A DNA stretch of 64,000 nt from Mesotaenium endlicherianum (Eukaryota): positions 265,230 to 329,229 of the forward strand of contig WELA01003208.1 of NCBI GenBank assembly GCA_009602735.1. The letters are read 5' to 3'. The translations under genes and the position numbers were made by a program. Every line of letters begins with the position of its first letter. Position 1 is the stretch's first letter. The notes below the pieces were generated by a model that saw nothing but the letters and a program-made list of their open reading frames with translations, ran no database searches and had not been told where the DNA came from. Of this stretch, positions 24,806 to 38,341 are shown in pieces.

Positions 24806-25317
24806 AACACACTGTAGACACTCCGCTTGTGCTCCTCTGTGAGGGCAAGCTGGTGGTTCAAGGTCGCACAAAGGGGGGCGGTGGCGGAGAATGCACTGAT
24901 AAACTTGATACAAGCTGAAGTGTCATCCACATACATGCCAATGTCATCCCTTAACTGCTGAGAACGCACATAGGCCATGTTAGGGGTCTCGCGGGTGGAG
25001 CAAATAAAGTCCCTGAGCTTGTCCTGGGGAGCCCTAGAGTTAGCCGGGAATTGCTTGCAAAACATCTGGAAAAGCGCGTCGATGCAGTCAAGCGAAGAAT
25101 TGGGGGCAGGACCATGCAAAGGCAAGATAATGCCTAAGACTGCCTTTTGTTGACGTAATTGAAAAGCACGGGTGTGACGATCTTCGATGCGCGTTGCAAT
25201 GACCTCTATCAAAGTGGCGTACGCTGGCAGCGCCAGCTCAAATGATCTCAACCCCTCAGGGTCTCCTGCACTCCCATCCACAAGCATTAACTTCCCACCA
25301 ACTTCTGCACCTGACAA
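24806..25317 (-). pseudogene. Gag-like retroelement fragment, cut by the adjacent LTR
   Basis: Open frame FQMFCKQFPANSRAPQDKLRDFICSTRETPNMAYVRSQQL resembles the retrotransposon capsid core. The frame runs into the LTR end at 24805. Confidence 0.5.
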
Positions 25318-26213
25318 ACTTCCCTAATCCAGACCCCTTTGGCCTAGTCTTAGAGCAACCACAATAACTGCAGCTGCAGGGTGTAGCCCATTTGACATTG
25401 GAGCAGCGGAAGATGGACCTATACGTGTTTATGGTAATGCCTATTCATAGTTTTTTGACCTAAGTCCTCTCCTCTAGGAGCCAGAGAGGGCCGATTAGCT
25501 TTGAAAATTCAAAGTGTTTTTCATATCATCCCTTCTGAAGTATTTGAGAGTATGCCAGATCAGCCTGATTTGACGTGTCGGGTCGATTTGACGTCCACAT
25601 ACATGCATCAAAATTTCTGGAATATTCTATATTAGGCGCGCTAGGCTAATCCAAAAATTTAGTTAATTGGACCTAGTCGGCACTCCGCGTCTGCCAAAAT
25701 AACGTGAAGGTCTGAATTCACTCTAACGGCCCAGATTGCTCGACGTTGTCATTCAATACGACGACCGCGCTCACCGTAAATCAAAGACAGTTGTTGAACA
25801 ACCTTATAACTATTCAAAATTTAAAGAATCATAACTTTCTGAATACTTAACTTAGTTCAAGACAAGTTTTATATCAAAATGACCACAAATATGCACTTTA
25901 CAATCCTATGACCTTAAACTAGAAGTTAATAGGTTTACATCGCCCGCCAAGACAAGTAATAATTTTTTTATGATTGATACTAAAATTATGGTGATTTATA
26001 ATAAACATGTATTTATACATGAGATGAATCTAAAAAACGAACAATAACAGCAATTGTTGATGAGACACTAACACTAACAAAATTAACTAGTGTTTCTTCT
26101 TATACCATCAGAAGTATTTTTTATGAATGTCAAATTTATATTTTCACGTGATGCTGAACTTAATTATGTAACTTTACATTGATCAAATTTTGCAACAAGA
26201 TTAGCGTTGCATC

Positions 26214-26730
26214 TGTACAATACGAATGAAAAAATAACTTGAGGTACTTTGATTACGCACCAGTTGTACTTATACACATTCAAACTGACACTTCCAATCG
26301 CAATCCGTCGCGATCGGCGTCGTGTCGCACGCGTCGCAACCGGCCACGTGGCGAATCATTACACTTCTCCCACCTACAAATGTGCACGTCCCAAGTACTC
26401 AGCCCGCGGCGGCGCAAAGGACATTGTTTCAGAATAATGTCCTTTTTTTGTACGACCCAAAGATCGCCATACGATTGTACCATCGACTAGTCTTGCACCC
26501 CCAAAGCACCCTTGTGTTTGACCAAATTTGAACCCTGGTCTCCTTGACAGGGTTGCATACGTTTGCGCTCCTACACCATTGTAACGATACGAACAAAAAT
26601 GTAACTTAAGGTATTTTGATCGCGAGCCAATTGTACTTATACACATTCAAACCGACACTTTTGATCGCGATCTGTCGCGATCGGCGCCATGTCCCACGCA
26701 TCGCAACCGGCTACGTGGCAGATTGCTACA
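26214..26730 (-). mobile_element. TRIM-like element (terminal-repeat retrotransposon in miniature), 517 bp
   Basis: Direct repeats 26214-26363 and 26580-26730, both TG...CA. On the minus strand, a PBS-like TGGTGTAGGAGC starts 1 nt after the first repeat and PPT GGTGGGAGAAG lies directly before the second. Flanks GCATC/ACATT may be a decayed TSD. Confidence 0.78.
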
Positions 26731-27622
26731 ACATTTCAAAAAGTTTGATTCATAATGAAGTACACTTGATTTAATATTGGTAATAACTATTACACAAAAT
26801 ATTTATTAATTAGCATTATTCAAATTCCAAGTGTTTTTAATTGGACCATAGAATTCTTTCTACATGTCCTAAATTAATAGATATTACGGGTCCTTGACCT
26901 GCTTGTATGTATATTCACCATTCTGAATTGATCAAATTTTATGACTAATTTAATATGAACTCCAAAAATTGGATCTAAAGTTCACCAAACATAATTTAAT
27001 ATTACAATTATAGCCAATAAAACAAGAAATAAAGTTGTGACTTGTATTTGTTTCAGAAATTTTCAAGTGATAACAATTTTTTTAAAAACAAATAATTGCC
27101 CAACCATAGTAAGTTTACTATTTTAATATTATCATACTTTTAAATCTGTAAAGTATATTGACTTAACTTACGCAGTAAAAACAATCAATGTTTTTAAAAC
27201 AATAATAATTATTTTTGTGAAACAATGCTTTATTAATTTTATTATATATATAAACCAATATTTAGAGTACGTGAACAAATATCAATACCTGGTATAATAT
27301 TTAATATTATGTTGATCAAAATTCCAAAAAAGCACATCATATGAAAAATAAAGTGTTCAATTTATTTTCCAAAAAATGTTAATTTTGGATAATTTTACGT
27401 AAAATATACTTATTAAAATTTTGAATATACATGATACTTTATACAAAATAAAACACTATTCTAAAATATTTAGATCTAAATCTAATTCTGAAATAACATA
27501 TACATTGATCTTCTATGATTCTACTTATTAAATTTTTGAATATACATAATCATCGACCAAGACGAATATTGTGAAATCCTAAGAAACGATTTGAAAACAC
27601 GACCCAATAAAAAATAACATTG

Positions 27623-28790
27623 TTAAAAATGGCCGAAGAAGGAGGTGGGTCTCGGCGTCATTGGACGGTGCAACACACACATAAGGTAGGCCAAATCGTG
27701 CTCCAACTTGGCCGGCCTCTCCTTCTTGTGTCCCCGCTTGGTGGTCACTGGTCTTGATGTTGGCCTCGATGCCCTCTTTACGCTGATCACGTCAGGTGGC
27801 AACGTGTCCAACTCGACGTTCATATCGACCACGCTGCAGAGCTTTGAGATGGGCCATGGCCAGCACAAAGTGTGCACAAAGGCACTGGTTTAAAACCCTA
27901 ACACTGAATCCAAACTTGAACGTTTGTAATGGTTTATGCGGTAGTCAATATGGTACAGGTGTTTCTGCCCTTGTAGTTGAATCATGCACCAACATTTTTT
28001 AGTTGGAATTTCAAACAAGAACAGGCGAGAGCGCGCTCACCTGCTAGAAGTCTTGCCCTCTTCTACGGACCTCTTCGTGAAGCTCGCCAAGCCTTTGCTT
28101 AAAGGCAAATTTTTGCATGATGGACATTTACTCGCCGTCATGTGCAAGGTCAACGCCGATGTTTACACTCAAAGATTTTGGGTCTAGAGCCAAGACGTCT
28201 CGTACCCTCTTTACCGCAAGGCTCAGACGCGCCTTCTTTTCCAACCGCGGGAGCTCCAATTGCAACTCTGTCGCGCATTGTGTCGTCACGCGTTTTGCCG
28301 TCCACGAGCGTACAGCGAGCATCATGTTGAAAAAGGGGATGAGCTCGTTGACCATCTCCTTGGGACCGTACATGCAATTGATTAAGACCGCACATTTTAT
28401 GCATCTTCTTCCGCTTTGTTGACGTTTTAGAATTATTTTATAAACCGGACTTCAATTTTCCCAACGTTAAAGCAGCCTCCGGCTAAATTCACCATGTGCT
28501 TCTCAGAGAACATGCGCCACGTGTAGAGTTTGTTGTGATGGAACTTGAGGTTGATTGTCCTTCAAGGTGAACGGCAAGCCCTTGCTACCACAAACAAAAC
28601 GTGTGGCGTCCCTATGAAGGTAGGTTATTATGCTGTTGAGGTCCTTTGCACCCTTGCGGAGAAAAAAAGCGATTTCCACGCCGACCTCCAGGGCACAATC
28701 GCCGCCCAACGCCGCCTTTTCTATGATCACGTCGCACTGAGTAACACATCCACTCTTGAGGGATTGTGACAAAAATTTGTGAAGGTACAT
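27623..28790 (-). pseudogene. Spliced gene remnant of unknown family
   Basis: Three GC-richer coding-like blocks (about 28493-28790, 28041-28410, 27623-27884) in AT-rich DNA. Donor CAG/GTGAG near 28040 and acceptor CCAG near 27885. In-frame stops in the middle block (HDGE*MSIM...QDF*). Confidence 0.35.
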
Positions 28791-29905
28791 TCCTCAGCAT
28801 AGCTACAGTAATCTGCGCGCAACAGATGCCAAGGAGGGGAGAAGAGGGTGCGGAAATAGATACGAAGGGGGGAGGTTTATGGGCTAGATCATTTGAAAAA
28901 CTAAACGACAACCTAGAATTTGGAAGTGCAACTGCGAGTGTGCACGTCAAACACTACTTTTCCTTTTTACTTGCAGCTCCTTGAAACCTCACAAGCTAAA
29001 CAGCACTAAAACCCTTGACAGGCCAATGCACCTAGTTGGGGCCAAGTCTCGGTTGCTCTCGATCCTCCACAGGCAAGCCACGTATATGTAGAGGAGCTCA
29101 CCTGCTTTCTAATAAAAAAATTATTGTACTTTGCACGCGCTGGAAGAGAGGCATATCGTCCATCTCTGATTTCAAATGCATGTCGCCCGTGTGCACTTAA
29201 ACTCTGCTTACTGCAACACAATATACAAAATAGTTAAATTGGCTAGGAAATGTCGATTCGTGTGAAATTACGACACAACTTGGAAAAAGGACATTCGCGT
29301 TCACATTTTCATTCAATCTTACATGCAGCCATCTTACTGATAGTTTACATAAAATTTGACGTGTAAGGGTTCACCTCGAGTTACAACATGTATCACCAAA
29401 TTTATTATTTGTATTATGTTGAACGACTAAAGGCAACAGGGAAAGTTTTTGAGCATTCATAGAAAACTGAGAAAAACTTGGTGCGGAGATTTTACCACAA
29501 CGAGGAAAAACATTTGTTGGTTATCTTATTTTGCGTAGTAGTCGAACTCACTTGAATGACAACTCATTTTTATATATATTCAAAATTTGTGTCTATTTGG
29601 AACCATAATTGAATTTGGTGTAGAATTTTTACTGCAAAAAAATGAAAAAAGAGGCTTGTCGAATTTCTTATTTTGCAAAGCAATCAAATTGAGTAGACAG
29701 ACATGTGCCAGGTCAAACTTCATATTCATTCAAAATCTTTAGTTTGCTCTACATAAAGAGGTTTGTAGCAGGAATGACCATCAAAAAGATATCCATAATT
29801 TGATTGTTTTCATACAATTTTGCATTTTAACTCACATTTTCAATTTCATATTAATCAACGACAAAATACTGAAGCAAGATGTGAAAAATAGAGAAAAGGA
29901 AATGA

Positions 29906-32900
29906 TGTAGTGATTTGAGTTATAATATATTAGTTGGCATATATTTTAATGCTTTTGAATATACTTGGAGTAGTATTGTGTAGAGTCAAGTGTGAATAGA
30001 TACTCTAATGACTTGGTTCATGTTGTTTGAACTTTCAAAGGCATTTTCGAAGTTAGAGGAAGGACCAAGAAGAACTCCATGTGGCAAAAGTCAAATGTGC
30101 CATTTTTAGGTTAAAAGGACATGTGTACATTAGTCTAGAAAGAGGTGGCAAGTTTTGGGATGTATTGGGTGCCAATACATCAACATACACCTTCCTAGAA
30201 ATTACTTATGTAGCAAGTATATAAACAAGAGCTGGAACATAGAAAGACATTCCAGAATCACTCTTGTACGTGCCAAATTCCAGAAATACATTAACTTTCA
30301 AGAAGTCATCTCTCTTTCAAGAAGCTACCACTTGTGATCAAAGATCCTTGTCTTGAATAGATAAAGTATTCTATTTCACTAAGTACTTCATCTATCTATT
30401 TCACTACAATGGTATCGGAGCTAGGCACTTTGGTAGCACAAGAAGATGGCCGATCCTCAAAACCAACAGCAAGCTTTCGAAGGAAGCCCTTCCACTCCAA
30501 GAGACCCTCCTCCAGCGCCGATGGGAGAGCCCACTCAATAAAATCTGCAACAACAAGAAGCACCACAAGGAGGAGCACCGTCAAATCCCGTGGCAGCCGC
30601 TATAGCAAAGTTGACCCCACCACAAGGAGTTCCCGCAAATGAGTGGGCAGCCTTCCTAATGACCGTCCACAACCAAGTGGGCTTGGCCACCTATGAAGCA
30701 GTCGTGCAAGCGTCAAGAGAAGCTATGGCTGCCATGATTTTCCCCTATTGCAAGCAATGCTCAAATCCCAGTCCCGGCTCAAGCGCCTTCACACGAGCCA
30801 ACAAGAGCAAGGAAACTCATCAAGCCCGGCAAACCCGACACTTTCAACCCCGGGAAAGGTGCCAACCTGAATTTATGGCTCTACCAAGTGGAGACGTACC
30901 TCGCATTCCTTGAAGTACCGGAGGAGGATTACGTTCTCTTTGCTGTTACCTTACTTAGAGGAGCAGCAACATCATGGTGGCGTAACTATCAAGCGGCTAT
31001 ATATCAAGCTATGGCGCACCCCATGCTCGGCCAAGAGCCCCCACCATCATATGCAAGAAGGGCAGATTTTCGTGAGGCCCTCAAGAAGCTATTCATGCCC
31101 ATCAATGCGGAGAAGATTGCCCGAGGAAAGCTCCACCATCTCAAGCAAACGACGTCCGTTCAAGAGTATACATCCAGATTTCACGCCCTCACTCTTGAGA
31201 TCCCCAACATGTCTCTCGAGGAGAAGATTGACCGTTACATCTTTGGCCTCAAGCCCAAGGTGGCGAAGGAAGTGGAATTACGCGACTTGACGGACTTCTC
31301 AAAGATCATTGAAGTGGCCCAAAAGGTGGATACCTTGGATTTCAAGCACTCCGTGCCTTCATCTTCACGGGTACCGGCGACGCGGGTGTACACAGCTCCT
31401 TCCTCATCCGAATCTGGACCCACACCCATGGAAATCGGAGTTATTAAAAGGGACCCGCGGTTGCCCGGAAGAGTGGAAGACCCTCCAATGACACTTATGA
31501 TGCAAGAAACCAGCAAAGAGTGAAAGCAAGACTCTCCCCGGTTGAAAAAGAAGCTCTCATGACGGCTGGACTATGCTTTTATTGCAAGGAAAAGGGCCAT
31601 CGTGCACTCTCATGCCCCAAAAAGTTGTCAAGAAACGAACAGCGCCGGTAGGCCANGAAACGAACAGCGCCGGTAGGCCAGGAGCCTAGCACCCTAAGAC
31701 CCACTTCACGAGAAGACAACGAGCCAAGTGAGGTGAAGACCCCCGTTGAAGACGACGTTCTAGCCCCAATGAAGTTGAGAGGTTACCTTGGAGGAGAGAA
31801 GGTCCACATCTTGGTGGATAGCGGAGCTCAAGACAACTTCATTGCAGCAGATTTTGCCACCAAGCACGGTATAACTATGCGAACTCTTGACCACGACGAG
31901 GAGATTATGATGCCCGATGGATTTTTCCTATACTACCCCTTCCAAGAAGACGTACCCCTTGGCACTCTCCATCAAGTCCTTCAAGAATAGAGTAGTATTG
32001 TCCCCCATGCAATTGGGCAAGTACGACGTCATCCTAGGGACGCCTTGGTTGACCAAGCACAACCCCCAAGTTGATTGGAGGACCGGTACTATCAAGATCA
32101 AGAATGACATCACTTCAAGAATCTGTATTTTGCGCGCAATCCAGAATATCCAGACCCAAGACATCAAGAAGCCGGCACACGAGATACTATTGTCCGCCCT
32201 CCAACTCAAGAGACTTGTGAGGAAGGGACACGAGCTTCTTTTGGCCTTGATCACGCCAAAAGACATCAAGAAAGACATCGAGAGTCAAGAAGGCAGCCCC
32301 CTTCCCAAGGAGATGCAAGAAGTCTTGAAGGACTATAAAGAAGTGTTCTCCTCGGAATTGCCCAAGGGCCTACCCCCCAAAAGATTCGTAGACCACAAGA
32401 TAGAGTTGGAGCCCGGAAGCAAGCCCATCTCTCGGCCTACGTTCAAGATGTCATACACGGAGCTAGACAAAGTCAAAAAGCAAATCAAGGAGCTACTGGA
32501 GTATGGCTTCATTCGACCTAGCAAGTCGCCATTTGGAGCCCCGGTGCTATTTGTCAAGAAGAAAGATGGTACCTTGAGGATGTGTGTAGACTATCGCGCC
32601 CTCAACAAGATCACCATCAAGAATCGGTACCCGCTGCCGCGCATGGATGAGCTCATGGACCGGCTGGTTGGAGCCAAGTACTTCACGGACGTGGACTTGA
32701 AAAGCGGTTACCACCAGAGTCGCTTGCTGAACCTGACATAGAGAAAACGGCGTGTAGGACAAGATATGGACATTTTGAGTTCATGGTCCTGCCATTTGGA
32801 CTCACCAACGCGCCAGCAACTTTCATGACTATGATGAACACCATATTTCAGCCCATGTTGGACAGATTTGTGGTGGTATTCATTGATGACATCCTTATCT

Positions 32901-33298
32901 ACAGCAAGACCCTTGAAGAGCATGCGAGACACTTGAAAGAAGTCCTCGAAGTATTGAAGCAAAACAAGCTATTTGCAAAGGAGTCAAAGTGCGAGTTTGC
33001 CAAACAAGAAGTGGAGTTCCTAGGTCTCTACGTGACTGCTGATGGCATCAAGATGGACCCCAAGAAGACCACGGTGGTGGAGGAATGGCCAACCCCCACG
33101 ACCGAGAAAGAACTCCAATCATTCTTGGGATTTGCCAATTGGTACAGGAGATTCATCCACAGCTTCTCGCACATAGCAGCCCCTCTCATGGATCTACTCA
33201 AGAAGGACAAGCCATATGTTTGGACCAAGAAAGAGGAGGAAGCATTCCAACAACTAAAGCAAAGATTGACGACATCCTCGGTGCTCACACTCCCAAGT
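29906..33298 (+). mobile_element. 3'-truncated, mutated copy 2 of the 6790-13584 chromovirus (LTR, PBS, gag, protease, RT)
   Basis: LTR 29906-30408 (TGTAGTGA...TCACTACA) and PBS at 30410. Gag has a premature TAA near 30538 and frameshifts. RT motifs [51 protein letters not shown]. Similarity to copy 1 stops after VLTLPS at 33298. Confidence 0.95.
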
Positions 33299-35140
33299 GG
33301 AGGAAAATTGGGAGACACAAATGGAAAAAGTTAGAGATTCAAGAGCGCAATGGATGCAAGCAGCGAGACTGAGAAACAATTTGTGAATGAGTGTAAACAA
33401 GGGTGTACTTTTAGGAAATCTTGTCACCCATGTAATGATTAATCCAATTGTATTGCTTACACCTTCCATCATTGATCATGATCCTGTCATACACAGAAAA
33501 TACACAGACGATTATGCACAACAAATAACATTCTTAAAAAAATTTGTAACCTATATGCAATGACAAATGCAATCGTATTGTCTTAAGGGTGTTGCGTTAC
33601 TTTCGAACAGTTGAAAATGAGTCAATGCACAATAGTGGTGTTGAAGTGTCAATTTTTATTTAATAAAAAAGCGAGTATGTTAACAAAAAAAATCAAATTT
33701 AAATTTCCAATAAAAAAATTGTCTATTTGTTCTCGCGTCTTTATTAGACAATTTTATGCAAAAATATACTCTGAGAAAATTGTTGAAATAATGTGGTAAA
33801 AATGGTCAATTGACGCATCTCAATTTTTGATATAATCAGTAACTTGTTAATAATCGACACCATTATTCGCCTTTAAAAATACTTCAATCATATTTACACT
33901 GTCGGTGCTTTTTGAAACATGACACATTCCACCTAAAGAAATTTGCTTGTCTCCAACGCAACAACAGTCTGCAACCCACGCCATACCTTGGCCTTACGCT
34001 CGTACGTTTTGCCCTTTCTTGATCCAAAAGTACATCCTTACCATATCGTATTTTCCGTTCCTGCATGTAGATCCTGCTCTAGTTTAATAAAATCTGAATA
34101 TGCGTTGCCTACAACGTGAAAGACACTTTGGTTGAAACATTGACATATTTATGGTCAGTCAGATGCTTAACAAAATAGGGAAAGGAGGGGTGACACGTGG
34201 TTTCCGCTCATGGAAAAAACTTGAGCTTCAATCACTTAAAAAACAATGTCAATAACTTTTCACCACAAATAAAATTAAATACTTCAAAGGAGGGGTGACG
34301 TGTGGTTTCCGCTCATGGCAAAAACTTGAGCTTCAATCACTTAAAAAACAATGTCAATAGCTTTTCGCCACAAATAAAATAAAATACTTCAATTGTATAT
34401 TTCACCATCTTCTTTATGATTATTTTTTTGGAAATGGAAACTATTTAAGCAAGATGCAGCAAAAATGCACTTCATTACAACAGACCTTGTTGCGACTGGA
34501 CATCAACCACCACAATGAATCATTGCAGGTGAATCATGAATGTCGACACATATCCCAATTTCTACGTTTCTATTGTTATTTTTATAAGCTAGCTCTCAAT
34601 TGATTGTGTTTGCGTTGGCCAATTCTATGGTGCCTTAAATCCCCTTGGAAAGTGTTGGAAAAGTGCTACTCAATGATGGCTTTGACGTGTTGCTATGTTA
34701 TAACAACAAAAACTTATTTTTTCTTGGCGGTTAATTTGCTTGTGCTTGGCTACTTCTTCAAAATGCTGGCGTCTGGAGAGTGTTTGCTTCACTATTTGTT
34801 GCAATCGTGATTTCTATTTTTAACGATGTAAATTGTAATTGTATAATGGTTAATGTATTGTTTAATGTATTTCAAACTCTATATTTTTATTCACATGTAC
34901 GCAAGTGACTTTGCAAACAAATGTTACATCACATCCACACAAAAACTCCAGTGACGGAGAGCTATGGCTTAGTGACAGTAACTCAGGCTAGTATTTCAAT
35001 TTAGGTTTGCAAAAGAGTATTTTTGTTTGTTTGGATAAATAACAAATAATATAGCTAGCAAACGACAGTGTTTAAAAATAAGTGCTTTTCAGTTATAATA
35101 TGGATAATTAGCAAACAACATAGCTAGCAGACGACAGTGG
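33297..35140 (+). repeat. AT-rich about 1.85-kb block, diverged direct duplicate of 36227-38251; internal about 105-bp tandem duplication at 34181-34390
   Basis: Shared anchors atggatgcaagcagcgagactgaga, gtaatgattaatccaattgt, ccccttggaaagtgttgg and atagctagcagacgacagtgg occur in the same order in both blocks. Confidence 0.9.
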
Positions 35141-36226
35141 TGAAATATTATTTTGTCCGACATCGACGATAGCATAAGAGGGAAAGATGCAAGGTCGTGT
35201 AATTGTACACATTTAAAAGATTGTAGCTCCTCACTTGACTAACTTTTTTTGTCAATTTAGGAAAGTGTCACAATATTGAACTGAACTTTTATTAAAAATT
35301 CATATGTATCAGTTTTAAAAATGATTACACAATTACACAAAATTTCCCAGTAAAGTGCAGTTGGGTGGGCGGCTTTTTGGATCACGCCGGAACACACGTA
35401 AACAAATTTCAGGAAAAAATTTATTATTTGTTATTTTATTTTTCTCACTTTTTTAATACTTGATTTGAAATTGATTTTTAAATTCTAATATGATTAAAAT
35501 TGCTAACTGCGAAGAATGCTTCATGACTAAAAACAGAATTAATGTTGTTGAATAATATAAATTTTTTTTTGAAGTGAAAGACGCTAAAATTGCCAAAATT
35601 CAAAAAAACAGCAATTGAATTATTTATAAGTATGAGAATAAAGACGTCATAATGGTCATTTGCAATGCAATACGGGTTTTAATGTGCTATTAAAGCAAGT
35701 CGATGCTAGACACGCGCAACATAATCAGATTTTTTTTGAGTACTGTTTCTCAATAACAATGTAATTGGACAAACATCTCAAGAATTGGTTAAAAATTGTA
35801 TAATGTTACTTAAAAGTGTATTTATTGCTGATTTGTTTCCATATAAAATCTTTAAAATTTTGCAATGCGACGTAAGCGCGCATCACGTTTACACCAATAT
35901 TATACAATTGCATTAAAATATTTTGTCAATCCAAAAATGACCTCATCTCCACCACGTTCAATTTGTTGTGTTTAATTACAGGACTGTGTGTGGCAATATT
36001 AGAGAAGAAAATTGAAAGCAATCAATAATATAAACAAGTGTTTAAATTGAAGGGAGAGAAAAGGAAATAGGGAAAGAGAGAAGAATTAGCGAGAGGGATA
36101 AGAGGAATCAAGTAGAGGAGAGCAAGATAAAAGAAAAAAAGAGGACTGGAAAGGAAAGAAGGCAAGGCAGAAAAGCAGAGTAAAAGGGATGAGGCACGTA
36201 AATGAGAGGCAAAAAAGAGATAAAAG

Positions 36227-38251
36227 GTGGAAGAAATTGGGAGGCACAAATGGAAGAAAGTTAGAGATCCAGGAGCGTTATGGATGCAAGCAGCGAGACT
36301 GAGACACAATTTGTGAGGAAATGTACAAAGGTGTACTTTTAGAAAACCTCGTGACCCATGTAATGATTAATCCAATTGTGTTGCTTACACTTCTATCATT
36401 GGTCATGATCCTGTTATACACAGACAGTCATGTACAGACGGAACACATTCTTAAAAAATCTCGCAACTTATGCAATGACTAATTCAGTCGTATTGTTTTA
36501 AGGGTGTTGTGTTATTTTTCAACAGTTAAAAATGAGCCGATGAACAATAGTGGTGATGAAGTGTCAATTTTTGTTTAAAAATAAACAAATATGTTTGATA
36601 AAAAAATCAAATTTAGATTTTCAATAAAAATTTTATCGATTTGTTCTTGAGTTTTTATTAGACAATTTTATGCCAAAAAATACTCTAAGCAAATTGTTGA
36701 AATAATGTGACTAAAATGGTAAATTAACGCATCTCAATTTTTAATAAATTTAGTAATTTGTTAATAATCGACATTATTATTCGCATTCAAAAATACTTCA
36801 ATCATATTTACATTGTCGATGCTCTCTGAAACATGTACACTTTCCATCATTGGTCATGGTCTTGTCATACACAGACAATTATGTATTTACAAAACACATT
36901 TTAAAAAATTCTCATAACTTATGCAATGACTAATCCAACTATAATATTTCAAGGGTGTTGTGTTATTTTCTAACAATTAAAAATGAGCCGATGAACAGTA
37001 GTGGTAAAATAGTGCCAATTTTTATTTAAAAAAAAACAAATATGTTTGATAAAAATTCAAATCTAAAATTCCAACAAAAATTTTGTCGCGTCTTTATTAA
37101 ACAATTTTATGTCAAAAAACACTCTACGAAAATTGTTGAAATAATGTGGTAAAAATGGTAAATTGACGCATCTCAATTTTTAACATATTTAGTAACTTGT
37201 TAACAATCGACACCATTATTCGCATTTTGAATTACTTTAATCATATTTACACTGTCGCAATAACAACTTGCAATTCACGCCATATCTTGACCTTGCGCGT
37301 GCACGTTTTGTCTTTTAGTTGCTGTATATAAACCCTTACCAAATTGTACTTTCAGTTGCTGTATGTTAACCTTTTCTAATTTAATAAAATCTAAATATGC
37401 GTTGCATACGGTGTGCAACACACTTGGTTGAAATATTAACATGTTGTTTATGGTCAGTCAGATGTTTAACAGAATAGGGAAAGAAGGGCTGACATGTTGA
37501 AAAAAAAATCAATAACTTTTCACCACAAATAAGATGAATACTTCAATTGTATATCTCACAATCTTCTTCATGATTACCTTTTCTAAAATGGAAGTCATTT
37601 TAAGGAAGATGGAATAAAAATGCACTTTATTCCAACAGGTAAATGATTGTGTTTGATCTGGCCAACTTTATGTTGACATAGGTCCCCTTGGAAAGTGTTG
37701 GGAAAGTGTTGCTCAATGATGGTCCTGACGTGTTGTTATGTTATAGCAACAAAGACCTTTTTTTTTAGGGGTGACTAATCTGCTTGTGCTTGACTACTTT
37801 TTTAAAACGTTGGCGATTGACGAGTGCTTGCCTCACTCCGTTGCGATTGTGGTTCCTATTTCTAGCAATGTGAATAATAGTTGTGCAATGGTTGATGTAT
37901 GCATCAGTGTATTTTGAATCTTATGTTTTTATTCACACATGTACGCAGATAAATTCGTAAACAAATGTTACATCACATTCACACAAGAACACCATTGACA
38001 AAAGGTTATGGCGTAATGACAATTTTGCTAGCTCAGGTTAGTATTTCAATTTAGATTTGTAGAAAAAAAATCTTTTTAGATTGGATAATTATTGCTAGCT
38101 CAGATTAGTATTCAGTTTAGATTCTTAAAAAAAATAATATTAGATTGGATAATTAAAAAACAACATAACTAACAAACGGCAATGTTTAAGAATAAGTGCC
38201 TTTCAATCATAATTTGGATAAATAGCAAATATAGCTAGCAGACGACAGTGG
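36227..38251 (+). repeat. Second copy of the AT-rich block, with an internal about 450-bp tandem duplication (about 36390-36840 and 36840-37260)
   Basis: catcattggtcatg-like anchor near 36395 and 36845; aaaatgagccgatgaaca at about 36530 and 36980. Confidence 0.9.
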
Positions 38252-38341
38252 TTAAAATATATGCTTTTCAATTATCCACTTATGGTGTTGAACTCTATGT
38301 TAAATTCAATATTTTGAAAGGTGTTGTGTTCATTAAGATTT

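Noticed and set aside
26515..26585. tRNA gene or SINE head on the minus strand (A/B-box-like words)
   Set aside because: I could not build a cloverleaf. The TGG word is better explained as the PBS of the TRIM-like element.
31632..31680. 24-bp direct repeat around a single N at the gag end of copy 2
   Set aside because: Exact duplicate on both sides of a scaffold N and absent in copy 1, so it is a contig-overlap artefact.
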